DNA of 64,000 nt, from positions 56,685,034 through 56,749,033 of the forward strand of contig NC_068988.1 of NCBI RefSeq assembly GCF_001194135.2, in the 5' to 3' direction. Below, in pieces: positions 38,101-49,699 of this stretch (positions within the stretch are counted from its first letter, which is position 1; each line of letters starts with the position of its first letter). Below the pieces are notes generated by a model. The model had not been told where the DNA came from, searched no databases, and worked only from the letters and a program-made list of their open reading frames with translations. The DNA is from Octopus bimaculoides (taxonomy: Eukaryota). A program made the translations under genes and the position numbers.

Positions 38101-41100
38101 AGATATAAAGCTGTGGAGAGTAGTTCTCGTCGAGAGGACTGGTTTCGAGATTATGTGAAAAACATGGAGGAGGTAATTCAATCTTTTTTTTTCTCATTAA
38201 ATTAATTGTACATGAATGTCGTTATCATTTGACACCCAAAGGCAGAGAGCTGGCAGAATTGTTAGCATGCCGGGCAAAATGCTTCGTGGCATTTCATCCA
38301 TCTTTGTGTTCTGAGTTCAAATTCCACCAAGGTCGACTTTGCCTTTCATCCTTTCAGGGTCGATAAATTAAGTACCAGTGCAACACTGGGGTCGATGTAA
38401 TTGACTAGTCTTCTGTCCCAAAATTTCAGGCCTTGTGTCTATAGTAGAAAGGATTATCATTTGAGATCCTTAGTCTATATTGGTAATGATTGGATGGTTT
38501 GACAGGATTCAATGTGTCCAAGGATGCATCCTGTTCCTGTGTCTGCTCTGGCATGAGTTTTACAGTTGGATGCCCTTCTAAATGCCAACCACTTCACAGT
38601 GTGTATTTAGGTCTCACCGGTGCAGACACGGACAAATGGACTTCCAAATGATGATGATGATTTAGATATGACACACAATACCCCTGCTTGATAATTTAGT
38701 TGTTATTTAGCCTTGTGTTGACTTGGTTAATGCATTTCTATGTATGATCAGAGACATTCAAACATGACAAATATGTGTTTTTAGGAGTATATAGGATTAC
38801 ATTATCTAATGTGTTCTTATTTAGGATAGTAGAATGTGGTTTGGGAAAAATTTGATAGATATTTTTAACTAGTGATTACATACAGGCCTTTTCTTTGTTT
38901 CATTACAGTTTAGTCGTGCTAAATATAGGTCTGTACAAATATGTGAAATTTCAGACCCATCATGATTTTTACGGGAATTATCATCATCATCATTTAATGT
39001 CCACTCTCTGTGCTTGCATGGGTTGGATGGTTTGATATGGGGCTGGCTAACAGGGAACTATTTAGATTCTAGCTGTCTGTTGTGGTATGGTTTCTACCGC
39101 TGGATGTCCTTCCTAACACCAACCACTTAGCAGAGTGTGCCAGGTACCTTTTATGTGCCACCGGAATATGAATTCAAAACAAGAACTTTATTCTGATGTC
39201 AGTGTCAATATTGTGAGTGCGATTAACTTATCAAGCTTTCTTATTGTTATTTTTTCTGTGAAGGAATCAGATGACGAAGATCGTAAGCAAAGGGAAAAAC
39301 AAGAACGTGTTGAAGCCAGTCTAAGAGAACGAGAGAAAGAAGTCCAACGGACACTATCTAATTCTCTCCGAGAGCGAGACAAAGAACGAGAACAACACAA
39401 GAAAGATGAAGCCATACAGCATTTCAAAGCTTTGTTGGCTGATCTTGTAAGTATTATGAGTTTCTCTGTTGCCATTTAATCCTATAATGCCTAGATTATC
39501 AATATTTTGGTCTTTTTGGCTTATTTAAGAGTAAGGAGCATGTGTGATGTAAAAATTAACATAGGACACATTTCCCTGACATCCATTTTTCATATATGAT
39601 ACAGATTCCAATTAGTGTTAATCCTGCAATCACCGTTAATTGGAATTGCTGTTGTATTGTCTATATCCAATATATTCTACCTTGTTCTGAAAATGGAAAG
39701 CATGACTAAGACTTGGTCTGCTGATCCATCTTGGCAGATAATAATTCTGAAATAAGAACTGATTCTGATGTGTGCTGACCTGTCTCTAACACATAGCAGG
39801 ATTGACAGAAAAGAAAAAAAAAAAACCACAGTCCATAGAATAATGAGGGATTCTCTGTGTTGTTTTATTGTTGAGGTATTGACTAAGTAAACAGCTTCAT
39901 CATCTTTTGACATCTTGATAATTATTAAGACTTTCTTTATTCAAGACGGAGATTGAGCATCAGATTTATTCAAGAAATTTGAAGAAATCTTTTGTCTGTC
40001 TCAGTGTGTGTGTGTCTCTTACTCTCTCTTTGTGCCTTACCTTCTCATCTATCCGTTTCATCTCTCTGCCTGCCTATGTCTGTTTAAATCAATCAATCAG
40101 ACAAAACAAGATGTGAATACTGAATAATAGTAAACCACCATAGCTATTTCTGAATCTGTGAATTCTTTTCTAAAAAAAAAAAGAATTAATGTGAAATGGA
40201 TGTTATTATAAAATGGCATGGTACCTGTTGAAAGTTTGTTTACTGGTATCTTTGATGTGGTGGGGTACCATCAGTTTGTTGATCATGCTCCACTGTCTAC
40301 ATCGATATCCAAAAATGAGTTTTGACATTATCTAAAAACAATGATTGATACTAAATTACATTTTTCTCTTCAATTTTCTCACATCTATTGTGTATTCACA
40401 TTCATATTGTTTACAGCTGACCTGAACTGCCTGGGTACTTTCTCTTAAATATATACCATTTGTTGTTTGTTTTACTGAAGGTGCGTAACTCTGAATCTTC
40501 TTGGCGAGAAACAAGAAAACAATTGCGTAAAGACCATCGTTGGGAACTGGCGGATTTGCTTGACCGTGATGAGAAGGAAAAATTGTTTGAGGAACATATT
40601 GATATTTTAAATAAGAAAAATAAAGAGATGTTTCACAAACTCCTTGATGAAACTCTTCAGGTAAACTTTTGTAATTATGTTATGTAAAGCGTTCTCACCT
40701 GTAATTTATATTTTACGTACTGGTTTTACTTGGAGTAAGAATCTGTGCCTATGGCTCTTGGTAAACTTTTTGAGATGGCTGCAGGTAAAAGATGGACAGA
40801 ATGGGATTCCAGAGGACAAATGTTCTGGGCTGGAATGGTTGGGAGAAATGGAAAGTGGACATAGCTATGGCTGATGAGATGGGGGCGGGGGTGAGTCCAT
40901 TGGCTGTGCTTGAGTGGTTGGTTGTATGAGATCAGTCAGCTTCAGATAACAGAGGCTATTGTAGTAATGGCATAAAAAGCAGGGAAAAGAGACATAGGTG
41001 TGCGTTAGAAGCTGGAGTGTGTTGATGAGTGAGTTTATGGGTTAGAGACTCCAGTTGGGTTTGGTGGTTAGAGGCTTCATATTAGTTTGGAAAGTGAGGG

Positions 41101-44100
41101 AAACACTCGACGGTGCCAACGGGTCAAATGTTTCTCCCTCTCCTTTTGGAATGAGGTTCAAGATATCTGAGTATATAGTGGTAAGATTATCCTGGATATG
41201 GGAGCAGTCCTCCATTGTGCATCTCACCTAAGCTTTGTAGCAGTTGTACAAAGTAACTGATGGAACTTGGCCATCATTGTTTTAATATCCACTTTTCCAT
41301 GCTTGCATGAGTTGGGGGGAATTTTCTACGGCAGGATGCCCTCTCTGTCACCAACCTTCACCGGTTTCCAAGTAAGATAGATATTTCCTCATGGCCAGAC
41401 ATACCCTCACAGAATACTGGAAATGAAGGACATTGCCTGCATTATGGTGATACATATTTACAACTACCATGTGATGTCAAGGCAAGGAGACAATAACACA
41501 CAAATATACATTTTTACATATACAACAGACTTCTGCCAAATCCATTCACAAGGTTTTTGTCGTCCTGGGGCTATAGTGGAACACAAGGTACCCTACTGTA
41601 AGACTGAACCTAGAACCATGTGGTTGGGAAGCAAACTTCTAACCGCACAAGCACATCTATTCCCTGTGCCTACAATTAAAATTCACTATATTTCATTTAT
41701 AACAAACATAATGTGGTCTCTTGGTTGTTTTGTTTTTAAACTGGTTTGATTTCTGTTGATTTCCATTTTTTTTAAACCTTAGATTACATTGACCTCTTCT
41801 TGGAAAGATGTGAAGAAAATGATCAAAGATGATCCTAGATATTCCAAGTTTTCATCTAGTGACAGGGTGAGTAATGGCAAACATTTTACATAATTTTTAT
41901 GATTTTGAGAATTGGCTGTTAGTTACTATTTGATGTGTGATGAATTAATATCAGCTAATATTCTGTAATTAGTAAAATAATCCATGATACATTTAAAAAA
42001 GACAATAATGCAAATTGGAAAAGTGTTGACTGTCAAAGGAAAATGTTCATGAATCTTCACTTGAGTGAATTTGAAAATAGATGCTCTGGTGAGAATTAAT
42101 GAATTACATTTACCAATATGAAGAGTTGAGTTTTGCTATATTCACTTATGGTTTTACTATACTCACTTATAGACTTCTTAAGTGTTTGTAGTATCCCTTT
42201 CCTAGCAATTAAAAAGAAGCTTAAATACATTTCAATTAAAAGAGAGTAGTGAATGTTTCCATTCACTGTAGAATTAATTTCTTTGTAGACACAATTGTCA
42301 GCAAATGGACCCTTTGTATTTATCTGGGTTAATGTTTTTATATCTTTTCTTAATTCTCTTGATAATGCTACGTCTATGTCCTGCAACTTTGATCAATAAA
42401 ATAAGTAACAAGCTTGAAGAATAAGTAGATGTAATATTATTGACTAAATAATTTCAAGGTGGTACCCGAGCATGACTGCACAGTCTAACACAGTTTGAAA
42501 ACTTAATTCTGTAGATAGGGATTGTTGTATTTTGCGTTTTGTAATACGAGTAAAAATAATTTACTCGTTCTTTTTTACGCTTTATTACATTTTTGTGAAT
42601 GCAAAGAAAAAACTTTGTTGACATATGAAATTCAAACGAATCTTGTAATATTGAGCATTATAATTTATATTTAAAAAGTTTTTAATATCCATTTACAATT
42701 TCTTCAAAGTAATATGACTTGTTTTAATAACACAAAGGGTGGGGGGTGACTGGACACAGCCCTGCACTTCTTCAATCATTATGTTATAGATACTACAAAA
42801 TAGTTTTTGTTGTTTTAAAATTGTTTTACTTTTCTATTTTCGCATACATTATTTTTTTTTTCCAGAAAAGAGAAAAAGAATTTGAAGATTATCGCTATGA
42901 ACAAATTGCTCAAGCTAAAGCAGATTTCCGGGAATTGTTAAAAGAGACTAAACTGGTGACATACAGGTATGTAAATACACAACTCATTTTAGACTATTGG
43001 ATGTTCTGAAATTTTAAGAACTGTTGGAAGTACATAAAGTAACGTTGAGGTTGTAAATGCTGAAGATGAAAAGCAGGCAGCATTCATTCAGCCAGTTGAT
43101 GTTGGCATGAAACTAGACCTGTTTGTCGTGTTGGATGGTTTTTCTGAATTCTCTAGGGCTGTTTTGTTCTGTCTTTTTGGTCTTCTAAAAGACCAGATGA
43201 AGTATTTTTGCTGTGAGAAATCTGATCCAAGTCTTACTTTTGTAGAGCCATCCAACATAGATAAAATAGATATAATGTGAAGTGGAGATGGAAGCTGGGG
43301 AGTCTTCTAGTGAAATCTTCCGTTTATGTCCATTTTTCTGTGCTGGCATCAGTTGGATGGAGACTCATTTGAGGCTGAATTTTGTAGTACAGAGTTCTTA
43401 TTGGTTGCTGCTCTAGTTTTTTTAAATCTCAATATTACACAATGAAATGCGTAATTTTCCCAAGTAATGTTCATGTGTTTAACATGGTTTTTGACACTAT
43501 GACAATGACTTGAGTCCAATGACTGCTTTGGCATGGTTTCTATAGCTGAATGCCCTTCCTTAATGCCAACCACTTCAGAGAATACTGGGTGCTTTTTATG
43601 TGGTACTAAGTAACTCACAAGACAAGACGCTTCAACTGAGAACAAGGGGTACAGTATTGAGGGAGGTGAAATTGTGCCAGGTGATGAGAGGTTAAAGTAT
43701 GACATGGGGGCCAGAAACGTGTGTGACAGTTGAAGAGATAATACATGGCTACCTCATGAAACTTTAATTCTACAAATAAGCAATGTTTAAAAAGAAAACT
43801 TTTAACCTTCTTTTCTCCAGATCAAAAAAGATGATAGAAGAAAATGAAATACATTTAAAAGATATAGAAACAATTTTACAGGTAAGAGAGATTGTTTTTC
43901 TGCAGAATTATTTGAAGACAAATAAGTTTGAATTAAAAATAAAAACAACTTTTAAATTCTGGTAGATATATTTATTTTGCTTTTCTGTGAATTGTTACAG
44001 AATGATCGTCGATATTTGGTGTTAGATTGCATCGCAGAGGACCGCAAAAAGATTCTTTTATCCTACATTGATGATTTGGACCGCAAAGGAGTTCCTCCAC

Positions 44101-44141
44101 CTCCAACAGCATCCGAACCATCCAGAAGAACCACCAAATAA
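3797..44141 (+). CDS. TCERG1: TCERG1/CA150 ortholog, spliced CDS of 19 visible exons, 5' end missing
   Basis: GT-AG exons joined by hand with matching phases give about 978 codons. WW1 [28 protein letters not shown]2 [28 protein letters not shown]3 [26 protein letters not shown], six FF repeats and a C-terminus [46 protein letters not shown] all closely resemble human TCERG1 as I recall it. Confidence 0.97.
4770..4965 (+). CDS. TCERG1: TCERG1 exon, second half of WW1
   Basis: tttttatag|AGT; [33 protein letters not shown]...AVAQ; donor G|gtaatt, phase 1. Confidence 0.95.
6374..6706 (+). CDS. TCERG1: TCERG1 exon, Q/S/T/P low-complexity linker with poly-Thr; 3' boundary tentative
   Basis: gtttgcag|CT continues phase 1: [16 protein letters not shown]...[33 protein letters not shown]. 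The best phase-1 donor is CCA|gtatgg at 6707. An extra exon could hide in gap 7114-7939. Confidence 0.72.
8045..8420 (-). mobile_element. Decayed RTE-like LINE 3' end with degenerate C2H2-like motifs
   Basis: Minus-strand fragments C(N*)CGRVCKAGL and [22 protein letters not shown], interrupted by stops. Confidence 0.4.
9696..9895 (+). CDS. TCERG1: TCERG1 exon, P/T/V-rich linker
   Basis: cttgtag|AC (phase 1); [17 protein letters not shown]...EKPPQGQ; donor CAG|gtttgt, phase 0. Confidence 0.85.
9920..11019 (-). mobile_element. Internally deleted Hsmar1-like (cecropia-type) mariner with nested SINEs
   Basis: Left TIR TCAGGTTGGTGCAAAAATAATTGCAGTTTT preceded by TA; right TIR at 10988-11019. Transposase relics [39 protein letters not shown] and a terminal ..YFD*. 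Confidence 0.9.
10421..10816 (-). mobile_element. Near full-length tRNA-headed CORE-like SINE (family B, OR2-like)
   Basis: Minus strand: head with GGTTCAGTCC B-box-like motif, ACCTTGGGCAAGTGTCTT core, and tail GACTGAAACAAGTAAAAGAG. Related copies at about 19925-20440(+), 25035-25375(-), 35580-35985(-), 50660-51030(+), 51400-51590(-), 58270-58445(-). Confidence 0.88.
11337..11679. mobile_element. piggyBac-type MITE (TTAA flanks)
   Basis: TTAA|CCCTTTC...AAAAAG|TTAA. Homologous in reverse orientation to 56534-56738; related fragments at about 11030-11215 and 44920-45110. Confidence 0.6.
11873..13950 (+). mobile_element. Non-autonomous Helitron, outer copy
   Basis: A|TCTATACTATATATAAAA 5' end. 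3' hairpin CCCGGGCAACGCCAGG followed by CTAG|T at 13947-13951. Confidence 0.82.
12572..13508 (-). mobile_element. Non-autonomous Helitron of the same family, nested in inverted orientation
   Basis: Minus-strand 5' end A|TTTATACTATATATAAAA at 13508; 3' end CCCGAGCAACGCCGGG..CTAG|T at 12572. Inserted between A and T. Confidence 0.82.
15905..15996. repeat. (CT)n microsatellite
   Basis: About 45 CT units. Many other (CA)n, (TA)n and (AAT)n arrays occur, e.g. 5287-5352, 5496-5540, 20070-20128, 33617-33670. Confidence 0.95.
16692..16821 (+). CDS. TCERG1: TCERG1 exon, WW2
   Basis: attccag|CTT; [43 protein letters not shown]; donor G|gtaaga. Confidence 0.96.
18320..18450. mobile_element. 131-bp Tc1/mariner hairpin MITE
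   Basis: TA|CAGGGGTGGTCAAAAGTAGGT...ACCTAATTTTGCCCACCCCTG|TA, with inner arms GTGGAATGTTCTTTC/GAAGGAACATTCCAC. Confidence 0.82.
18814..18971 (+). CDS. TCERG1: TCERG1 exon, acidic linker
   Basis: tatatag|CC (phase 1); [11 protein letters not shown]...KEEEEKSDE; donor GAG|gtaaga, phase 0. Confidence 0.88.
19714..19811 (+). CDS. TCERG1: TCERG1 exon, start of WW3
   Basis: ttctttag|GAT; [33 protein letters not shown]; donor TG|gtaggt, phase 2. Confidence 0.95.
20637..20785 (+). CDS. TCERG1: TCERG1 exon, WW3
   Basis: tttacag|G; [49 protein letters not shown]; donor A|gtaaat, phase 1. Confidence 0.95.
21040..21350 (-). mobile_element. Rex3/Expander-type (RTE clade) LINE 3' relic
   Basis: Translates [67 protein letters not shown]. 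Confidence 0.8.
22205..22253 (+). CDS. TCERG1: TCERG1 49-nt exon with basic NLS-like motif
   Basis: ttttcccag|AA; [17 protein letters not shown]; donor AA|gtaagt. Bridges phase 1 to phase 2 exactly as the flanking exons require. Confidence 0.9.
22819..22987 (+). CDS. TCERG1: TCERG1 exon, start of FF1
   Basis: ttttcag|A; IDKDESK...[34 protein letters not shown]; donor GAG|gtaggt. Confidence 0.95.
23540..24030 (+). mobile_element. RTE LINE, decayed 3' part of the ORF
   Basis: [47 protein letters not shown]... and [28 protein letters not shown], with frameshifts. Same family as 63590-63994. Confidence 0.88.
24414..24622 (+). CDS. TCERG1: TCERG1 exon, FF1 to FF2
   Basis: [47 protein letters not shown]...LHGK; donor AA|gtaagt. 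Confidence 0.97.
25534..25684 (+). CDS. TCERG1: TCERG1 exon, FF2
   Basis: [50 protein letters not shown]; donor AGG|gtatgt, phase 0. Confidence 0.96.
29880..30460. repeat. Complex (TATG/TGTA)n cryptic microsatellite
   Basis: About 580 bp of interspersed TA, TG and TATG units. Confidence 0.9.
34699..34923. mobile_element. Mariner-derived MITE, about 225 bp
   Basis: TIRs GAGGGGGTGCTGAAAAGTTCCTGGCTTT and AAAGCCAGGAACTTTTCAGCACCCCCTC. Further copies at 49871-50089 and 50121-50311. Confidence 0.85.
38005..38172 (+). CDS. TCERG1: TCERG1 exon, FF3
   Basis: gttacag|TTG; [56 protein letters not shown]; donor gtaatt. Confidence 0.96.
38239..38457 (+). mobile_element. tRNA-headed SINE family A (Meta/MESC-like central domain, tentative)
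   Basis: GAGCTGGCAGAA...GAGTTCAAATTCC...GACTTTGCCTTTCATCCTTTC..GGTCGATAAATTAAGTACCAG. Other copies at about 140-520(-), 690-1120(+), 1830-2065(-), 14845-15020(+), 36040-36310(-), 55605-55765(-), 57248-57460(+), 57484-57700(+), 61075-61541(-, two). Confidence 0.85.
39264..39446 (+). CDS. TCERG1: TCERG1 exon, FF3-FF4 linker
   Basis: ctgtgaag|GAA; [29 protein letters not shown]...[13 protein letters not shown]; donor gtaagt. Confidence 0.95.
40481..40660 (+). CDS. TCERG1: TCERG1 exon, FF4
   Basis: actgaag|GTG; [40 protein letters not shown]...LLDETLQ; donor gtaaac. Confidence 0.96.
40740..41240 (-). mobile_element. CR1/Jockey-like LINE 3' relic
   Basis: Minus frames [34 protein letters not shown] and [11 protein letters not shown] resemble CR1-type post-RT motifs (YRYY.G.CS.EL; F.PRT..LWN.LP). 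Confidence 0.65.
41783..41866 (+). CDS. TCERG1: TCERG1 exon, FF5
   Basis: [28 protein letters not shown]; donor gtgagt. Confidence 0.96.
42866..42966 (+). CDS. TCERG1: TCERG1 exon, FF5 to FF6
   Basis: [34 protein letters not shown]; donor AG|gtatgt, phase 2. Confidence 0.95.
43821..43881 (+). CDS. TCERG1: TCERG1 exon, FF6
   Basis: [20 protein letters not shown]; donor gtaaga, followed by a 119-nt intron. Confidence 0.95.
44001..44141 (+). CDS. TCERG1: TCERG1 terminal coding exon
   Basis: gttacag|AAT; [10 protein letters not shown]...SRRTTK; stop TAA at 44139-44141. Confidence 0.97.
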   Translation, partial: NDRRYLVLDCIAEDRKKILLSYIDDLDRKGVPPPPTASEPSRRTTK

Positions 44142-45230
44142 TGATAGATTCCTGATTAAGGCAGAGGAAAAATGACAACGTTGTTGCATTTCTAGCTTCT
44201 CATTTTTCTTGTTTTATCTTTCACACATTTTATACCATACATTTACAAACTTACAGCCCCTTTCCCAACCACAAACTAATGAACTGTTTTAGATTTCCAT
44301 CCTTCATATTACTACTGTACTGTAGCTAAAATACCAAAGCCTTCAAGCTCTAACTTATAACTGCTGCCTCACCCATTCGTTCCAGCTGTTCTTGGCTCTG
44401 TAACATTGGACTCAGCATTTTACAGTACTAACAGTCATTTTTTTAGCAGTAACAGTTGGCCTGTTTTTTTTTTTTTTTTTTGGTTTCTATTTCATGACTT
44501 TTATTTTATACATTTTTCCATGTAAATTATAATTAAAACAAATGAATGGGACGGTTCTTTTTGTTATTTTGTTTCCCCTCATATTTTAAATGCAACAGAA
44601 AAAAAAACCATTTTATCTTTACCTGTTAGTATTGTTTCAATACACCTAAGTATAAAATGTAAGGTTTCCTTTATATGGAGACATCTGTTCTCATTTTCAG
44701 TTAGTTTGATGTTGCAGATCAATGAAGTAAAGCATTTTATCCACTAGGCAATGTGCCTTTGGTCCCTCTGTCCTTATCCTAACACATTGGTTCTAGTTGA
44801 TGATAATTGAAAAAAAAGTTGCTACTATTTAATGATTTTAGAAGTTGAAGAGGAGCAATAAATCTGCCCAGATAGACTTCAGGTGATGTGAGCCTACTAA
44901 TTAGATTACACAATTTACCTTAACCATTTTGATACCAAATCAACTGTGACAACCTTTAGTTCTATGATACAAACTTCCTGCTTTGAAGTGATTTCAATTA
45001 AAGCCTTCCATCAATTTGTTCCAAACACTAAATTCATTATTTTCAAAATTAATTGAAACAAAAGCCGTGTATTTCAATGGGGTAAACACAACATATCAAT
45101 GTTGATTCAATTTGATACGTGTTGGAGCTATAAAAAAGTAATTCTTAATAATTGTCCCCTGACCCAGGTTGTGTCTGTTTATGTGAATGTCTCCATTGTC
45201 GTTTAATAAAGTTCTCTATATTTTGAAATG
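44142..45230 (+). other. Probable TCERG1 3' UTR; 3' end uncertain
   Basis: U-rich sequence after the stop; AATAAA at 44857 and 45205, with further hexamers near 45735-45770. Confidence 0.5.
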
Positions 45231-48200
45231 AATCTTGAGAAATATTTCTTAGATCTGCTGTTAAATCTAATCTCATCAGGAATTCCTTTGAACCACTGGT
45301 CCAAACATTCTTCTTGGAGATGGAAATACATTTGTCATCTTCATTTGAAATAAAAGCTGTCATGCCATAGAATTCCAAACTGCATTGGGTGATAAAACAA
45401 TTATTTTGATATGAGAGTACATGGGTAGGAGAGAAAGAAACAAAACAACTTTATTGTGAGATATGATTTATTTCTTATGCTTTTGGTCTTGTTTGAAACA
45501 ATTTATATTTTCCCTGCGTGGTAGAAAATACCAGCAAACGTGAAGGGGAAGGCAACAGTTGCCCTCTTCAATCTAGTGTCTTCCCATACTTGGCATGTGA
45601 TGAGGCTGGAAAATTATTCAGTTGGATTTGCAGGTCTTATTTCGGCAACATCTCTAAATCATAAATATGTCTACTGAAGCCCATTCTGATTTCTAGAGAA
45701 TTATTTGACAAATGTCTTTTGATAAAAAGTAAAAATAAAATAAAGCACCAGTTTTCAGGAAAATAAATTTGTCAATGTTTTATATTTTAAAGATGAAGCA
45801 CAGCTCCATTTTATTAAATAGAAGGGGGGGAAAAAAAAAGACAAAGGAATTATGGATGGATGACTTTTTAAATTCTTGCAGAGTTTAAATTCCTTTTATG
45901 AATGTAGGAAAAAAAACAAACAGAACAAACCATCATTGCGTGCCAATTATGAAAAAAAAAAAAAGGAAAATGAAATAAAAATATATCACATGGTGTGAAA
46001 CCCGAAAAGGTGCTTTTGTTATTTTCATGTCTAAAGTATGATACAAAAAAAAAAAAGTTAATGTTCTTAGTTTAAAACATGATTTAAACACATGACAAAA
46101 ATATATGTATAGATGAATGAAGAAAAATGATCTTCAAAAGATTTCTCTCTCAATTTGTCTGTCCAGCAAATTTAAACAAATGGACAGATACATAAATTAA
46201 ATCAGTTGAAGGAAATTTTTTTTTTTTTCTTTTTGGAGCATGTTTATTATAGAAACTAACTAACGCAACAGTGAAAGGTTGGACCAAGTGCAGAGGAAAG
46301 TACTGTGTGATCTTCCTTTCCTCTCTCTGTAAAATGGTTATTCAAATCTATTTGTACAGTTTCCAACATTTGAGCCATTTTTTTTTTTTAGAGGTAAGTC
46401 AAAGGAATGAGAAACATCATACAAAGTATGTTGGCTAGGTTAAAAAAAAAAAAAAAAATTTTTTTTTTTTCATTACTGTTAAACTCATGATGACAAATGT
46501 TAGAAATGGAATAACTGATGTAAAGAATTGTTGCTACTATTGTTTTCTTCTGACGTCTATGACTGGTAAGTTGTAGGAATAATAAATCCTAGAGATGAGA
46601 ATACAAGATTGTGAGGCCAAATCGAAAGAAGTATCTATATATAGAGAGCCAGTGAATTGAAATGATCATGGCCAAAACTGATTGGTGGAGGTATAATATT
46701 TGAAGTTACATGTTACTATAATAAAATGGAATTAATAGTACCTTATATATATATATAAAAAGGGAGCATAATTATAATTAACATTATGACATACAATTAC
46801 TAAATCCTTCGTTCAAGAATTTTTACTCTATATCTACTTTAGATTTCTGTTATAAAATTATAACGCAATCTCATCTACTTTAGATTTTTTTTATATATAT
46901 ATATATAAAATTATAAGCAATCTCAATATGCTACATATCAGCAGAAAAGTTTTTTTGTTTTTCATATTTATTACTTCCCTTTCCCATCTCCAGCAGCAGT
47001 CAAAGGACACGCTAGCAAAGAACTTGGAGACAAACAGTTTTATAGTGTGTTGAAGAACATGTGTGAAAGTATATATGACAAATGGCTGACAGCAAAACCA
47101 TTTAATTTGACTTGAGATACTGTGATAAACTCATTTAAAAAAATGCAAATATTGAAAGCAGCAGAAACACATTTAGAGAGCAATAGAAACAATGAAAGCA
47201 TGGTATTTTTTTCAAAAAAAAGAACCATGCATTTTACCAAATCCAACATGAGAACTAAAAAAAATATAAATAAATAAAAACAGATTTAATCTAGCAACAA
47301 CTGATATTAAAGAAAACGGAAAAAAAAAAGAGGTTTGTAGACAGCAAGTAAAAACCACTTTTTAAGTTCATTCTGTGTGTAGTTGTGAAAAATATTGCTT
47401 AAAGTTTTGAGGTAAAATATCTATTTGTTAATAAAAATATTGTTTCATATATATATATTATATATGATAATTAAAAATGGGGGAAGGGGAAAAAAAGCAA
47501 TCACCTAAATGTAGAAATTGGGTAGTTTTCAAATACCTTTGTANNNNNNNNNNNNNNNNNNNNNNNNNNNNNNNNNNNNNNNNNNNNNNNNNNNNNNNNN
47601 NNNNNNNNNNNNNNNNNNNNNNNNNNNNNNNNNNNNNNNNNNNNNNNNNNNNNNNNNNNNNNNNNNNNNNNNNNNNNNNNNNNNNNNNNNNNNNNNNNNN
47701 NNNNNNNNNNNNNNNNNNNNNNNNNNNNNNNNNNNNNNNNNNNNNNNNNNNNNNNNNNNNNNNNNNNNNNNNNNNNNNNNNNNNNNNNNNNNNNNNNNNN
47801 NNNNNNNNNNNNNNNNNNNNNNNNNNNNNNNNNNNNNNNNNNNNNNNNNNNNNNNNNNNNNNNNNNNNNNNNNNNNNNNNNNNNNNNNNNNNNNNNNNNN
47901 NNNNNNNNNNNNNNNNNNNNNNNNNNNNNNNNNNNNNNNNNNNNNNNNNNNNNNNNNNNNNNNNNNNNNNNNNNNNNNNNNNNNNNNNNNNNNNNNNNNN
48001 NNNNNNNNNNNNNNNNNNNNNNNNNNNNNNNNNNNNNNNNNNNNNNNNNNNNNNNNNNNNNNNNNNNNNNNNNNNNNNNNNNNNNNNNNNNNNNNNNNNN
48101 NNNNNNNNNNNNNNNNNNNNNNNNNNNNNNNNNNNNGGGAAAGGAAATGGTAATTGAAATATAAGAGATAACGAGGAGGAAACATAACAGAGAACCATGA

Positions 48201-49699
48201 AGTGAGTGATGATGGTATTGGTGAAGAACTAGTTTTTAGTACAAAGTTCAGGAGGTCTTTTAGGATTATCAAAGATGTAAAGAAAGCTAGGTAGCTTCTC
48301 TCTCTCTCTCTCTCTCTTTTGACTTCTGAGGTGTAGAAGTTTTAAATAAAGATGTGTACATTATTATTATTATTAATAATAATAATAAATCCTAACTACT
48401 TGTTGATGATGGAATTAAACAACAGCAGTTTTCAAAAAAAGGTGGTTTTTGTAGCACCAATTATGCAATGGTATTTATTAAGCTAACAGCAACCTGGACA
48501 GGCTTTTTAAAAAGATTTTTTTTTTTTTAAACCCATCCTGACTGCTGATCCACCAATAAAGTTGTTAATAGACTTCCTTTAGATAAATCATTTTTTTTTT
48601 TGTTGTTGTTGTTGTGGTAATGATTTTGATCTATATGATAATAAGACAGGCTATCAGTTGGTATCACGAGGCTGAAACAGATAAAGAAGAATGGAAAGTG
48701 AGAGATTTAAAACAAAAGAAAAATTATAACAAGCATCTATTAGCAGCAACACAAACCTATTTGCTCTTCAGATAGATAGATTGATAGATAGATACATACA
48801 CACATTATATATATACACACATACATATGTATTATTTTGTGTTATACTAAGAAGGGGTGCATGGTAACAAAATTTTCGACTCTTAGTCAAATATAACGAA
48901 GAACTCCAAATCATTGTTAGAATATCTGCATAAGTGGATTCTGGATCAGCTAGTTTGTACTGGCACTGAGTTGTACTAGTTGTAATAATGAAGTCAAACC
49001 AATTTTGATATTCTGAAATGTTTTAACTGAGGAAGATATGTAATGGATGCATTTACTGTTATACATTATGGAAACTTGAAACATACAGATTAAATGATTT
49101 CAAAATATCACTATCTGGCTTGAACTCATTACAACTCACATGACTTGATGCCAAGACAAACTAACTGGTCTAGAATCCACTTATATATATATATATATAC
49201 ATACGATGTATTTACTAGTGTGTTTTGCAACTAATTCAGTGTTAAATCTTGATACAAAATTTTTTTTCCCTTCATAGTTTTAGCCTTGCTCTGTGTACTT
49301 GTCACACTCCAGTTTTTTCAGTTGAAATTATGTATAAAATAGTGCAATACATACACAAATAAATGCAACATTTGTATGTGTGTGTATATCTATATCTCCT
49401 CTCTCTCTCTATATATATATATATGTGTGTGTGTATGTATGTATAATGTCTTTCCAAAGCACATTTCTACATCAAGCAATAAATAGACATCTATAAGAGA
49501 GCAAAATAAATAAAGAGAGAAATATGATCATGATGGTATACAGAGCAGGGATGGTAAAGGAAAAAAAAGTTAAAAGAAAGAAAAAAAATACAGTTTGCAA
49601 ACGAACATGCAGAAGATCTCCTCGTTTGTGGCAGGCAAAAGATATTAAAAGTAGAGATTAGATACAAAATACAATGAAATGATTAGCAAGGTTGGTTGA

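Noticed and set aside
3973-44000. Possible U12-type introns in TCERG1
   Set aside because: All donors are ordinary GT sites; none matches GTATCCTT or ATATCCTT.
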